Source of the DNA: a bacterium
GTDB lineage: Bacteria > Zhuqueibacterota > Zhuqueibacteria > Residuimicrobiales > Krinioviventaceae
Direction: 5' to 3'
Assembly (NCBI GenBank): GCA_963693055.1
Contig: OY843751.1
Coordinates: forward strand, 1,568,001-1,632,000
Length of the DNA stretch: 64,000 bases
A program made the position numbers and the translations under genes. The notes under the pieces were generated by a model. That model had not been told where the DNA came from. It did no database searches and was given only the letters and a program-made list of their open reading frames with translations. Of the stretch, positions 49,403 through 59,612 are shown piece after piece (the first letter of the stretch is position 1; the number at the start of each line of letters is the position of its first letter).

Positions 49403-50104
49403 ATGAAGTTCAGAACGATATCTATATTTATATTTGTAATATTTTTGTCTGTAACTGCAATGGCCCAAAACCATATGCAAGCCGGATTGAATATAACTCT
49501 GGGTATGCCACAGACAGAGTTTAAAAACAATGTTGATAATGCCGGTATTGGATTAACCGGTCATTTTGGCTATAATTTCCCCAATACTCCATTTATACTT
49601 GGTGGTAACCTGGGCTTTTTGATTTACGGAAGTGAATCACGTAAAGAACCCTTTAGTACAACCATTCCGGATGTTACTGTAGATGTTACCACAACTAACA
49701 GTATTGTTAACGGGCATATTTTGTTGCGTGTTCAACCTCAGCAGGGTAGATTCCGTCCCTATCTGGATGGGTTGATCGGTTTTAATTACCTGTTTACCTC
49801 GACAGAAATTCAGAGCGAATGGGATTTTGATGATGACGTTGCAACATCCACCAATCAGGATGATTTTACCTCTAGTTTGGGCGGTGGTGCAGGTATCATG
49901 TATCGGGTGCATGAGGGTGTAAATGCAAGTGATGAGCCTTATGAAGTTTTTATTGATTTTGGTGTCCGTTACTTGAATGGCGGAAATGCCAAATACCTGA
50001 AAGAAGGTTCAATTACCCGAAAAGACGGCAAAGTTCATTATGATTTGAATGAATCTACTACCGATTTGGTTACCTACCGATTAGGTGTGACTGTAAATTT
50101 CTAA
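49403..50104 (+). CDS. Outer-membrane beta-barrel protein
   Basis: GAGGAG RBS, signal peptide, RFRPYLDGLIG, C-terminal YRLGVTVNF beta-signal. Confidence 0.82.
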   Translation: MKFRTISIFIFVIFLSVTAMAQNHMQAGLNITLGMPQTEFKNNVDNAGIGLTGHFGYNFPNTPFILGGNLGFLIYGSESRKEPFSTTIPDVTVDVTTTNSIVNGHILLRVQPQQGRFRPYLDGLIGFNYLFTSTEIQSEWDFDDDVATSTNQDDFTSSLGGGAGIMYRVHEGVNASDEPYEVFIDFGVRYLNGGNAKYLKEGSITRKDGKVHYDLNESTTDLVTYRLGVTVNF

Positions 50105-50125
50105 TATTAAATGCGGCCTGGTTAT

Positions 50126-50773
50126 TTACCGGGCCGTTTTTATATGTACAACCAGAGCAATGCCATTTTCTATACTTACCTCAACAGTTGTTTCTGTAAA
50201 CGTATTACTCAAAGTAAGCGTTGATCCCCGTTCCACATCTTTATTCTGCAAGGGCCATTCAACCCCGGAAATTGTAATAGATTGCACAGTATCGCTAATG
50301 GGGATGAGCGAAAAAATATCGCCTATATTGCCTGTGAATTCCATAGAGCCTTTACCCCGCATAATCCAGGCAATCTGATTGCTTTCTGCAAATCCAATCT
50401 GTTCAAATGGATAATTTCGGGTGATCAGCATTATGTTTGCTAAAAGCTGATCAATACGTCCGCCAAATGCTGTCAAAATCAGGATTTTTTTCTGTGGGAA
50501 TTCACTGGCGGCATCGAGTGCAAGTTCAAGATCTGTCTTGTCTTTTTTTACCGGAAATTGTTGGATGCGAGTACCCTTGGAACGCAAATGTTCAATTATG
50601 ACTGTGTCTATGGAATCAAAATCGCCAATCAGTAATTCAGGTACAATGTTCATTTCCATGGCATACCAGGCACCACCATCTGCGCAGATGATTACATCAT
50701 TATTTTCTATGTACTGCATATTTTCAAAAGGGGCGGTAGACTCGCCATTTGCAAAAATGATAATTTTAGACAT
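50126..50773 (-). CDS. thiN: Thiamine diphosphokinase
   Basis: CADGGA, GDFDS, KDKTDLELA, GGRID, LSN. Confidence 0.92.
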   Translation of the reverse strand: MSKIIIFANGESTAPFENMQYIENNDVIICADGGAWYAMEMNIVPELLIGDFDSIDTVIIEHLRSKGTRIQQFPVKKDKTDLELALDAASEFPQKKILILTAFGGRIDQLLANIMLITRNYPFEQIGFAESNQIAWIMRGKGSMEFTGNIGDIFSLIPISDTVQSITISGVEWPLQNKDVERGSTLTLSNTFTETTVEVSIENGIALVVHIKTAR

Positions 50774-50785
50774 ACATGTACCGGA

Positions 50786-52417
50786 TTATTTGATGTGCAA
50801 TAGTGATCGGGAAGCTGTAAACTCTTCTCCTTCGAGAAAAACCCGGTATTGACCGGATGCAAGATCGCTGCCATCCACTTGCAGCGTGTAGGTTTGTTTA
50901 CCGTTAACCATTCCGTAAAATAGTTCGTTGATCAACTGTCCGCTGGCGTTATAAAGGGTAATACGTACAGATTGCGGGTTGTCGACTGAGAACTGGATGA
51001 TTGAACTTGCATTAAAGGGGTTAGGGTAGGGTTGAGACAAGTTGTAATTTTCGGGGATTTCCTGTTCGTCTGATTTGTTAAAAACAGATGTTGAAAAAGT
51101 AGTAAAGTTTAATAACAAAAGTTCATAAGGTCCTAATTTCAAACCGTCAAGATTGTCTGAATAGATCTTTCTGTCAACGTAAAGATCATCCTTGTTGATG
51201 GTATAACACAAATAACTGCTGTTAGAAGGCTGCCAGTTTTGAAAATCCAAATTCACAGTTTGGTCCTGGTCGGTCAGGTTCATCAGCAGCACATTCTTGC
51301 TGTACCCCGCATCTATAGCGAATATGTTTACCAGGCTGCTTCTTTTGGAAACTGATTTTACAGGGGTACCTTCAAGATACTTGTTTTTCAGATATAAAAG
51401 CATGGCAGAAGGGCGGAGGTAAAATGAATCGTCCATAATACCGTATGATTGGTCACAATCGTTCCAGACCAGACTATTTTGTACGCTGCCCTGCTCGGAT
51501 AAATATTTCAAAGATAACGCGTTAAACACGGCACCTTTGCTGCTGTTTTGAAATTCACGGTAAAGTTCAAAATCTTTATTGTTTGAAATATTATATTTGC
51601 TAATCCACAACGGAGTAGTAGCAAGGCCCAATGAATCCATAGTGGTTCTGATACGGGTACTATAATCTGCCATTGCGTGCGCACCGTTAAAGATATCATT
51701 GTCGGAACTGCTAATATTGTCGGTAACACTAAAAGACAGAGTTAAAAAGTCAAGGTTTCGGTCTGTTTCTCTGAGAAATGTTTTTATGTCTTTACGGCCT
51801 TTGTCGCGATCAAAGCCACCACCACCAATCAAGATTGATGGGTCTACCGTTTTCATTGCCTTTGCACATAAATTAAACAGTTCAGCATATTGCAATGAGG
51901 ATGTGAATGCTTCCGAATTTTGAATGTTTAGAGGAGACCAATATTTCACATTCCAGTTCTGATCTATATTGATTATTTTGACCAGTTGAGCGCACCAATT
52001 CGCATATCGTTCAAATTGAGATGACAACAATTCATGATTATCATCCAGCATCCATGCAGGAAATTGGTTCATATTTATAATCAGAGTATCCGGATTGTCT
52101 GAGGTGAATGCTTTAAAAACTTGTTGAATATTCTCCGTATCCCAGGTTTGTTGTTTTTCGTTGATCCAACTGGACTGTGGTGTAGAATTGGATGAAAATA
52201 CATTCAATTGAATAATTACCGGTCCAATATAACGCAAGTTGTCCTGATATTTCTCATTGATTGCGGTTTGAGGTTCAGTGCCTTTGCAGATATTTAAACC
52301 CAGCAGACCGGTATTGGTACCACTGATAGGCGCATGCCAATATACTGTGGTTTCGATCTGTGCGAAACACATACTTGAAGCAATGAGGATGTATATTAAA
52401 AGTCTTTTCAGTATCAA
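50786..52417 (-). CDS. Secreted GH39/GH-A-like protein with C-terminal sorting domain; catalytic Glu residues apparently absent
   Basis: FPAWM, YANWCAQLVK, VKYW, AMKTVDPSILIGG, LDFLT, PLWISKYN; QPYPNPFN tail. Confidence 0.75.
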   Translation of the reverse strand: MILKRLLIYILIASSMCFAQIETTVYWHAPISGTNTGLLGLNICKGTEPQTAINEKYQDNLRYIGPVIIQLNVFSSNSTPQSSWINEKQQTWDTENIQQVFKAFTSDNPDTLIINMNQFPAWMLDDNHELLSSQFERYANWCAQLVKIINIDQNWNVKYWSPLNIQNSEAFTSSLQYAELFNLCAKAMKTVDPSILIGGGGFDRDKGRKDIKTFLRETDRNLDFLTLSFSVTDNISSSDNDIFNGAHAMADYSTRIRTTMDSLGLATTPLWISKYNISNNKDFELYREFQNSSKGAVFNALSLKYLSEQGSVQNSLVWNDCDQSYGIMDDSFYLRPSAMLLYLKNKYLEGTPVKSVSKRSSLVNIFAIDAGYSKNVLLMNLTDQDQTVNLDFQNWQPSNSSYLCYTINKDDLYVDRKIYSDNLDGLKLGPYELLLLNFTTFSTSVFNKSDEQEIPENYNLSQPYPNPFNASSIIQFSVDNPQSVRITLYNASGQLINELFYGMVNGKQTYTLQVDGSDLASGQYRVFLEGEEFTASRSLLHIK

Positions 52418-52445
52418 ATTTCTCGTTCTGTACTCCTGTAGTTAT

Positions 52446-54218
52446 TTATATAGCCAGAGTTTTGTCCTTTAACCACATGGTTTCCGATTCCGTTAGCAGT
52501 GGTGATAAAGCTTTATAGACCTGAAGATGGTAATTGTTCAACCATTCGATTTCATCTTTTGTCATCATTTCTTTGTCAATCAGACTTTTATCTATAGGAC
52601 ACAAGGTAACAGTTTCAAAGCCGTAAAAAGTCCCAAATTCATTCCTTTTTAGCATTTTGGTGATAACCAGGTTTTCAATACGAATCCCGAATTCTCCTTC
52701 GAAATATAATCCCGGTTCGTTAGAAGTTAACATTCCGATTTCGAGAGGGACCGAGTTTTCGGGACGAATGCGTTGCGGACCTTCATGAACATTGAGAAAA
52801 TGTCCAACGCCATGGCCTGTTCCGTGACCATAGTTCATAAAATCTGCCCAAATTGCAGCGCGTGAAAATGTATCAACCTGTGAGCCGTTATAACCTTTGG
52901 GGAAAACGGCTTTGGCAAGATCTATATGTCCTTTTAAAACTAATGTATAGCAATGTTTTTGTTTTTCTGTAGGAGTGCCCAAAGAAATGGTTCGGGTAAT
53001 ATCGGTAGTACCATCAAGATACTGGCCGCCTGAATCCAGCAAGAGCATGCCTTCAGGTTTTACTGTAGCTGCGGTTTCAGCTTCTGCTTCATAATGAACA
53101 ATAGCGCCATTACCATTGTATCCTGCGATGGTGCTGAAAGAAGGTCCCTGGTAATGCTCGCCGGCTTTGCGGAACTCTTCCAGTTTTTCTGCCAATGTGA
53201 CTTCGGTATGTGGCCCATTCGCAATGTTTTGTTCCAACCAGAACAGCCATTTAACCATGGCAGCACCATCCCGGATATGTGCATCGCGGATGCCTTTGAG
53301 TTCTGTTTCATTTTTAATGGCTTTAAGGTCAAAGGGGATGCTTGGCTTTTCAATAATAGTGCAGGCAGAGTTGATTGCATCTCTTATCTTTTGGCTGGTT
53401 TTATCGGGATCAATCAATACTCTTGCTTCTTCCAGCCCTGCCAGAAATAGAAAAAAATCAGCATAATCGTGTATCGATATATTGTCCTGAATGAGTTTAT
53501 TTTTGATTTCATCCGAGAGCTTGTTGCTGTCAATAAATAAATGTGTTGAACTTTCAGAGATGACTACCCATGAATAAGCTACGGGATTGTATTCTACATC
53601 TTTGCCGCGTATATTCAAGGTCCAAGCAATATCATCAAGCCCTGTTAAAATGCAATGTTTGGCATTGGATGTTGCCATTTTATCGCGTATACGTTTGATT
53701 TTGGAGGTGCGGGATTCTCCGGCTATTTCATCACCCAGGAGAATGATGGGGTTCACAGGCATTTGGGGACGATCTTGCCAAATAGCATTTAGTAAATCAG
53801 TTTTGGATTCAAGCTCTATATGTTTACTCTGTAACTTTTCTTCTAACGCTTTAACCTGAGTGATAGACATTACAGCACCGTCAAAACCGATGGCCGCACC
53901 TTCGGGTAATTCCTGCTTTAACCAGTCTTCAATCGAGAGAGTCTCTGGCAATCCTTCTTTCATCAGAGTAATGCCACTGTCTTTTAATTCAGAAGCAGCC
54001 TGTACAAAGTAACGGGAATCTGTCCATAAACCAGCTTTGTCTTTGGTGATTACAACAGTACCTGCGGATCCTGTAAATCCGCTGATCCATGTGCGGCCTT
54101 TCCAGCGATCAGCCACATATTCACTTTGATGGGGGTCAGCACTGGGGACGATCCAGGCATCAAGATTTGAATTTGATAATTGTTCACGCAGTGACACTAA
54201 TTTTTCCGGTACGGTCAT
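52446..54218 (-). CDS. Xaa-Pro aminopeptidase (M24, aminopeptidase P family)
   Basis: DPHQSEY, DSGGQYLDGTTDITRT, HGTGHGVG, HEGP, NEPG, IRIEN. Confidence 0.95.
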   Translation of the reverse strand: MTVPEKLVSLREQLSNSNLDAWIVPSADPHQSEYVADRWKGRTWISGFTGSAGTVVITKDKAGLWTDSRYFVQAASELKDSGITLMKEGLPETLSIEDWLKQELPEGAAIGFDGAVMSITQVKALEEKLQSKHIELESKTDLLNAIWQDRPQMPVNPIILLGDEIAGESRTSKIKRIRDKMATSNAKHCILTGLDDIAWTLNIRGKDVEYNPVAYSWVVISESSTHLFIDSNKLSDEIKNKLIQDNISIHDYADFFLFLAGLEEARVLIDPDKTSQKIRDAINSACTIIEKPSIPFDLKAIKNETELKGIRDAHIRDGAAMVKWLFWLEQNIANGPHTEVTLAEKLEEFRKAGEHYQGPSFSTIAGYNGNGAIVHYEAEAETAATVKPEGMLLLDSGGQYLDGTTDITRTISLGTPTEKQKHCYTLVLKGHIDLAKAVFPKGYNGSQVDTFSRAAIWADFMNYGHGTGHGVGHFLNVHEGPQRIRPENSVPLEIGMLTSNEPGLYFEGEFGIRIENLVITKMLKRNEFGTFYGFETVTLCPIDKSLIDKEMMTKDEIEWLNNYHLQVYKALSPLLTESETMWLKDKTLAI

Positions 54219-54653
54219 ATCACATTCCTTTGCAGGGTCTATTGAAATCGTATATCAGTCGTAAGATTATTAAATAAAAGAATATTCAGGCAATATTGCT
54301 TGAATTGAACGGGGATTTTAGAGTTGTATTTAACATTGGTCAACATAGCACTTGAAATATATACATTTACCTTATATACGTCAAGTATAAAAATGCATGT
54401 ATTGCATTTTTTACAATTCACGTTCTGTTACTAACTTGAATAGAAACAATGCTCGATGATTTTATGAATATTTTTTTTAAATTTTGTTTTTAAACATTTT
54501 TTTATATATTGGTCACACTTGAAACAGCCCTAATATAAATCACACGTTAAATTATAAAAATCCAATTTTGGGGAACTGGATTCTATTCATTGCGTTAGAT
54601 TTTTACCTAGGGACATTTTATATTCAAACATTTTTTTAACAGGGAGGAGTACT

Positions 54654-55229
54654 GTGCATCTAATCCGTAAAGTGGTACTGGTATTATTGTTTGTGGTTTC
54701 TATTGGTATGGCACAAGATATCGGCGGGATTTTTCTGGGGACAAACCATTATTTACCCAGGAACGAGCATAATTTTTATAATGTTTCTAAAACTGGTACA
54801 GCTTTTGGATTTATTTTACCTGTCAATATATCAAAGGCCACAATTTATTTTAAAATGAGAGGTACTTATCATTCTGTTGATTTTAAAGGATATTGGGGAC
54901 TTTATTATCAGAGTTTGGATATGTATGAACCACAATATATGATCAGTGCCAGCAATGAAATATTGGTGGGAAAGACATTCAAGACAAGTCCGGCAATTTC
55001 ATTTGTACCTCAGTTTGGTATAGGAATTATTGAAGAAGCTTTGCTCAGCGAGTGGCCCGATGGTTACAATACTGCCATGGTATATATGGATTTGTCTTTG
55101 CTTACTATTTATGATTATTCTTTTTTTGATCTGGGTCTGATGTTAAATGTTGAACACGATTTCCTGGGGGATGGTGATGGATTTGTATCGGATATGCGAA
55201 TGAATGTTGCGTTAGTTATTCTAAAATAA
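54654..55229 (+). CDS. Secreted hypothetical beta-rich protein (paralog 1 of 3)
   Basis: GGAGG RBS plus GTG, signal peptide, amphipathic strands. Confidence 0.7.
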   Translation: MHLIRKVVLVLLFVVSIGMAQDIGGIFLGTNHYLPRNEHNFYNVSKTGTAFGFILPVNISKATIYFKMRGTYHSVDFKGYWGLYYQSLDMYEPQYMISASNEILVGKTFKTSPAISFVPQFGIGIIEEALLSEWPDGYNTAMVYMDLSLLTIYDYSFFDLGLMLNVEHDFLGDGDGFVSDMRMNVALVILK

Positions 55230-55245
55230 ATGTTTGGAGGGAAAT

Positions 55246-55821
55246 ATGCGCAATTTATTGGCGGGTTGTTTAGTATTGTTTTTATCTGTATCTGTGTTTG
55301 GGCAGGCATTCGTTCCTTTTGTGGGGGGTGAAAAATTAATTCCTGAAAATGAGGGGTACAGGACCAGGTGGCAGGAATATGGTCCAACGTGCGGGCTGTT
55401 TATCAAGATGCCGCAACGAGAGGGTATTTTAACCTTTTTCAAGTTTAATGCTTCTTATTTTGCTTTCAAGGGCAATGAGATGCATTCCACTGATGATTTA
55501 AGATATTATACTGTTGCTCCATTGTCGCCTGTGCCGGAGACTTTTCAATTAAATATTTCTGGTAATTTTATGATTGGACCAGAAATCAAAATTAATCAAA
55601 AATTGATGTTCAGTCCCATGCTTTGTGCGGGCGTAATACGTAAGGGCCAGTATGAAAAGATAACAAAATGTTACGAATCGGAAATTATTCCTCAGTTCGG
55701 ATTGTCGGCAATGTGTATGTATGAGATGATGAATTTCAAAGTTGGAATTATGGGGCATTATACAAGATCGCTTGAAACCACAACCGGAACAGGGCGTTTG
55801 GAATTGCTTTTATTACTATAG
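55246..55821 (+). CDS. Secreted hypothetical beta-rich protein (paralog 2 of 3)
   Basis: GGAGG RBS plus ATG 55246; FQLNISGNFMIGP...PMLCAGVIRKGQYE is shared with paralog 3. Confidence 0.7.
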   Translation: MRNLLAGCLVLFLSVSVFGQAFVPFVGGEKLIPENEGYRTRWQEYGPTCGLFIKMPQREGILTFFKFNASYFAFKGNEMHSTDDLRYYTVAPLSPVPETFQLNISGNFMIGPEIKINQKLMFSPMLCAGVIRKGQYEKITKCYESEIIPQFGLSAMCMYEMMNFKVGIMGHYTRSLETTTGTGRLELLLLL

Positions 55822-55857
55822 GTCTATCAATATTAAATATATTAAGAGGAGATTGTT

Positions 55858-56445
55858 ATGCGCTTTTTACAATTAATTTGTCTGGTTGTATTGCTGGCTG
55901 TACCTCTTTTTGCCCAAAGAATAGGTGTGTTTTCCGGTGTCGAAACACGAATGGATACATACACATTTGATCAACACAATGATACCGGAAATAGCGCTGG
56001 AATACTGTTACCCCTAAAATTAAGTCATGCTAATATGTTTATCAAATTAAAGGTGTCTCATTTTGGTAATAATCCAGATGCGCTTGATATGACGGGATGG
56101 GTAGATATTATGACACCAGATATTTCAGCTTATAACGCTATAAAACAGAAAGATACTTTTCGTTTAAATTATTCTGGCCAGTTTTTAATAGGCCCACAGG
56201 TGGATTTGACAAAAAAATTGACCCTTTGGCCGTTGCTGGGTGCCGGTTTTACAAAAAAGGGTGCATATGAACAGGTTGGAAAAGAAAACTATTTTGGTTC
56301 TATGAATTGTCTTTTTGGAGATGCCTCTTTAATGGTAGCCAGGGATTTTAATATGTTCGATGTTGCAATTATGTCAAGCTTTAACCTTGATTTTAATTCT
56401 GGTAATCACAAACGCGCCAGTCTTGAACTGATCATTATGATTTAA
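55858..56445 (+). CDS. Secreted hypothetical beta-rich protein (paralog 3 of 3)
   Basis: GAGGAG RBS; FRLNYSGQFLIGP...PLLGAGFTKKGAYE. Confidence 0.7.
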   Translation: MRFLQLICLVVLLAVPLFAQRIGVFSGVETRMDTYTFDQHNDTGNSAGILLPLKLSHANMFIKLKVSHFGNNPDALDMTGWVDIMTPDISAYNAIKQKDTFRLNYSGQFLIGPQVDLTKKLTLWPLLGAGFTKKGAYEQVGKENYFGSMNCLFGDASLMVARDFNMFDVAIMSSFNLDFNSGNHKRASLELIIMI

Positions 56446-57617
56446 GGCAGAGTATTGCCAGCATAAAATCTCACTTCTTCATCGGGATCCTGCTTTGCTG
56501 TTTGTAGTAATGTCGCGGCTTCTGTTGTTCCGATCTGGTGTAAGGCCCATGCAGCTGACCGACGTTCTCTCAAGTTGCCAATTTTCAGCATTTCGGACAA
56601 TGGCCTTACGGCCTCTCTGGATTTCAATTTGCCCAGTGCCGTGGCGGCAGCCCAACCGCTCTCTGGTTTTTCCAGGGCTTTGATGAGTGCTGATTGCGCG
56701 GATTTTTGTCCGGTTTCACCCAACACCCAGATCGTATTCATACGGACCTGGGCAGATGGTGATTCCAGCATTTTTGTCAATGTTTGTTCATGTGGCGATA
56801 AATCCATTTTACATAGGGTGACCATGGCCCGGTTTTGTACCATCCAGTCCGGGTCCTGCAAGCATGTTATCAGCAGGGGGATTGTTTTTGTATTTTCTAT
56901 ATGTGTTATTATTGCGGCAAGTTTTCTGCGCATATGGACATCCTTGGATGCCATTTCAGATATTAATGAATCTAAAAGTGTATCTCCCAATTTTATCAAT
57001 ATCTCTTGTGCCTGATTTTGGATAACCATAGAGCTGTCGTTCAATGCGTTTTTATATATGGAAAATCCTTTATTCTGATCTATATTGCTCAAAACAGACA
57101 GGGCGGTGGCCCGTATATAGGGATTGTTATCATGTATTGCTGCCAGACTCAATTCACGTGTTTGCGCTGCCCCGGCAGCGTTTAGTGCATTCAGTACCGC
57201 ATTTCGCATACGAATATCTTTTGATTGGACCAATTCGAGTAAGGAAGGAATTGCTTTTTTAGCTTTCATCTGTCCAAGTGCCTCTATCAACGCAAGTTTG
57301 ACAGCATAGCGGGTTTTCTTGTCTTTTAGTATTTTGATCATTTGTGGAGCAGGTTTAGCTGATCCTATTTTGCCCAGAGTCCATGCGGCTTTGCGTTTGT
57401 TCCAGTCTGATTGTTCCGGATCTGTCAGGATTGACAGTACCGATGGAACCGCTGCTTCGCCGAATGCTGCTAGCGAGTCCGCTGCCTGGTCCCAGTTGTG
57501 CCTTGCGGACAATAAATCAGATATTTTATTATCGAGTTGCCTTTGGTCTGTTCGAGGTGAACAGGTAAGGAAAATAATAAAAAATCCAACAAGTACGCAG
57601 TTGATCAACTTATTCAT
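56442..57617 (-). CDS. HEAT/PBS-lyase repeat protein, probable lipoprotein
   Basis: FLTC lipobox-like motif; repeated AAWTLGKIG / WVLGETG / AATALGKL / AAWALHQIG. Confidence 0.88.
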   Translation of the reverse strand: MNKLINCVLVGFFIIFLTCSPRTDQRQLDNKISDLLSARHNWDQAADSLAAFGEAAVPSVLSILTDPEQSDWNKRKAAWTLGKIGSAKPAPQMIKILKDKKTRYAVKLALIEALGQMKAKKAIPSLLELVQSKDIRMRNAVLNALNAAGAAQTRELSLAAIHDNNPYIRATALSVLSNIDQNKGFSIYKNALNDSSMVIQNQAQEILIKLGDTLLDSLISEMASKDVHMRRKLAAIITHIENTKTIPLLITCLQDPDWMVQNRAMVTLCKMDLSPHEQTLTKMLESPSAQVRMNTIWVLGETGQKSAQSALIKALEKPESGWAAATALGKLKSREAVRPLSEMLKIGNLRERRSAAWALHQIGTTEAATLLQTAKQDPDEEVRFYAGNTLP

Positions 57618-58584
57618 ATTTCCCCCATGTGTTTTGGCGGGTAAAATGCGTTGTCAAAATAGTGTACAAATCATTCTCGAACAGAGTGTCCAGTTCTTTC
57701 AGACTTTTCAAGCCAAACATGAACGCAATGGTAACAGGATCGGTACGCCAGTTGATATGACCTTCATAAAATCCATAACGCATGATATATTCCGGTTCCA
57801 TTTCACCTGTGAGAATATGGGTGAGCAGTTGTTTTAACGTGTCATATTGAACTGGTGAGAGCTGAGAATAGTGTCTCTTTAGATATTCAGATTCTGTTAA
57901 AGTGAGATCACGTTCAATTTCCAGCCAGAACGCGCCTTCCATTCCATCATCAAATATAGATAGCTGTCCGCCTTTGGTGTCATGAGCGCTTACTTGAATA
58001 GCGTGACCATTATAATGAAAATACTTGACATGCTGCCATTCGTGCGCTGCCATGTTCCAGCGTTCCAGTTCAAGGTCCTTGAACATGGTTTTGAGAATAT
58101 GATAAAGTGGCCTGGCAAGATCAGGATGAGTCAATCCCATTTTTGAGACGAGGCGGTTATCGCCCAGCAACACAGAACGGATGTCTTCATCTGCAGCCAT
58201 AAATCCGTCTTCGGAGAGACCATCGGGGCGTCCCAATTCAGTTATCTCTGCCAGCGAGCGGTTGGTTATGCTTTGCCTGTCCAGCAGTTCCGGCTCGGAA
58301 TGCAGGCCTCTTGCTATCAAAGTGGGGAAATCTTTACTATTTATCAATACACAGTAGTCCACACCCAGAGTGATTGGAATAATACCGTATTTAGAGTCCT
58401 GGTTTTCAATGATTACCAGTTGAGTACTGTCGTTTAGTGGAAAGGGAGAAGGTATATCTGGTTTGGAATCCAGTAATTCGGGATACAGTTTATAGCTATT
58501 TTGATGGATGGTTATAGTTTGTGAAAAACATGTTGAAATAATAACCAGCGTGAACAATAAATAGTTTGCAAACACAGATTGCAT
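57610..58584 (-). CDS. Secreted hypothetical protein
   Basis: 324-aa ORF with signal peptide; overlaps the HEAT gene start by 8 bp. Confidence 0.75.
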   Translation of the reverse strand: MQSVFANYLLFTLVIISTCFSQTITIHQNSYKLYPELLDSKPDIPSPFPLNDSTQLVIIENQDSKYGIIPITLGVDYCVLINSKDFPTLIARGLHSEPELLDRQSITNRSLAEITELGRPDGLSEDGFMAADEDIRSVLLGDNRLVSKMGLTHPDLARPLYHILKTMFKDLELERWNMAAHEWQHVKYFHYNGHAIQVSAHDTKGGQLSIFDDGMEGAFWLEIERDLTLTESEYLKRHYSQLSPVQYDTLKQLLTHILTGEMEPEYIMRYGFYEGHINWRTDPVTIAFMFGLKSLKELDTLFENDLYTILTTHFTRQNTWGKYE

Positions 58585-58679
58585 TATAACCCCACTCTTT
58601 ATAATATTCTATTGTTGTGTATAGCAATTTTATAAGTTCTGACGCAGTCCTGTCAGAAACGGACTGCTATTTCAATCAA

Positions 58680-59579
58680 TTAAATTTCCTCTAATGTCTT
58701 CCTAATTTGTTTGATGAAATTTGCCACTTTGATTTTGGGATCACCGGCTCCAAGTGTCTCAATGGGCAGATAACCACGGTATCCTGCGTTTTTAATGATT
58801 GTAAATACTTTTTTTAAATCTGTAGGGACCTTTTTCCTGTTTATTTCAATTTCTTCCTTGATCTGCCAGTTGACCGCATGGGGGGTGATTTCGGCAATAT
58901 CTTTGTAAGGATCCTCTGTTCTGTAGCTGCCGATATCATGCATAATGCCGAACCATTCCGAATCCACCTGCTTGATGATGGATTTAACCTGTTCTGCGGT
59001 TTTGATAAAGTTGGCGTGGTTTTGCAAAGCAATGATTACACCATATTCCTTGCCGGTTTCCACACAGGCTTGCAGGTTTTCAATTACCCATTTTTCTACA
59101 GTTTCCCGATTATAACCATCAGGTGTTTCTTGTCCCGCAAATACGCGTATTGCCGGAGCACCCAGCTTTGCTGCAACAGGTATCCATTTCTGTACGAGTT
59201 GTAGCGATGTTTTACGTTTAGCAGGATCCGGGTCTGCAAAATCATTGCGCACACCAGTGCCGCTGATATCGAGACCCAGAAGGTACGCATGTTTTTTGAT
59301 CCGATTCAGATAAGCATCATCCGGGATTTCCGGATAATTTTGTAAATAATACCCGGTAATGTCTGCCGCTTCAAAATTGTGTTCCGCGCAAAAATTTAAT
59401 ACCTGCTCAACAGAAATTTCACCATTTCTTAGCGGTTGGTTAAAAGAATAGAAATTTAATGCAAGTTTGAAAAAATGAGAGCCGGTACGTTTTATGGGTG
59501 TTTGAGCATGAATCTGGTTGGTTACTAATCCTGCTGCTGTAACAGTCAAGGATGATTTGATAAAATCTCTGCGTTCCAT
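58680..59579 (-). CDS. TAT-exported sugar phosphate isomerase/epimerase (TIM barrel)
   Basis: MERRDFIK, IRVFAG, LQNH, HDIG, WQIKE, LPIETL. Confidence 0.9.
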   Translation of the reverse strand: MERRDFIKSSLTVTAAGLVTNQIHAQTPIKRTGSHFFKLALNFYSFNQPLRNGEISVEQVLNFCAEHNFEAADITGYYLQNYPEIPDDAYLNRIKKHAYLLGLDISGTGVRNDFADPDPAKRKTSLQLVQKWIPVAAKLGAPAIRVFAGQETPDGYNRETVEKWVIENLQACVETGKEYGVIIALQNHANFIKTAEQVKSIIKQVDSEWFGIMHDIGSYRTEDPYKDIAEITPHAVNWQIKEEIEINRKKVPTDLKKVFTIIKNAGYRGYLPIETLGAGDPKIKVANFIKQIRKTLEEI

Positions 59580-59612
59580 TTAACTACTCTCCTTGATTAA
59601 TTTAGGTAAAGC

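Noticed and set aside
54220-54653. Riboswitch or ncRNA in the long intergenic region
   Set aside because: Only short AT-rich hairpins are present and I recognised no aptamer; an Infernal/Rfam scan would be needed
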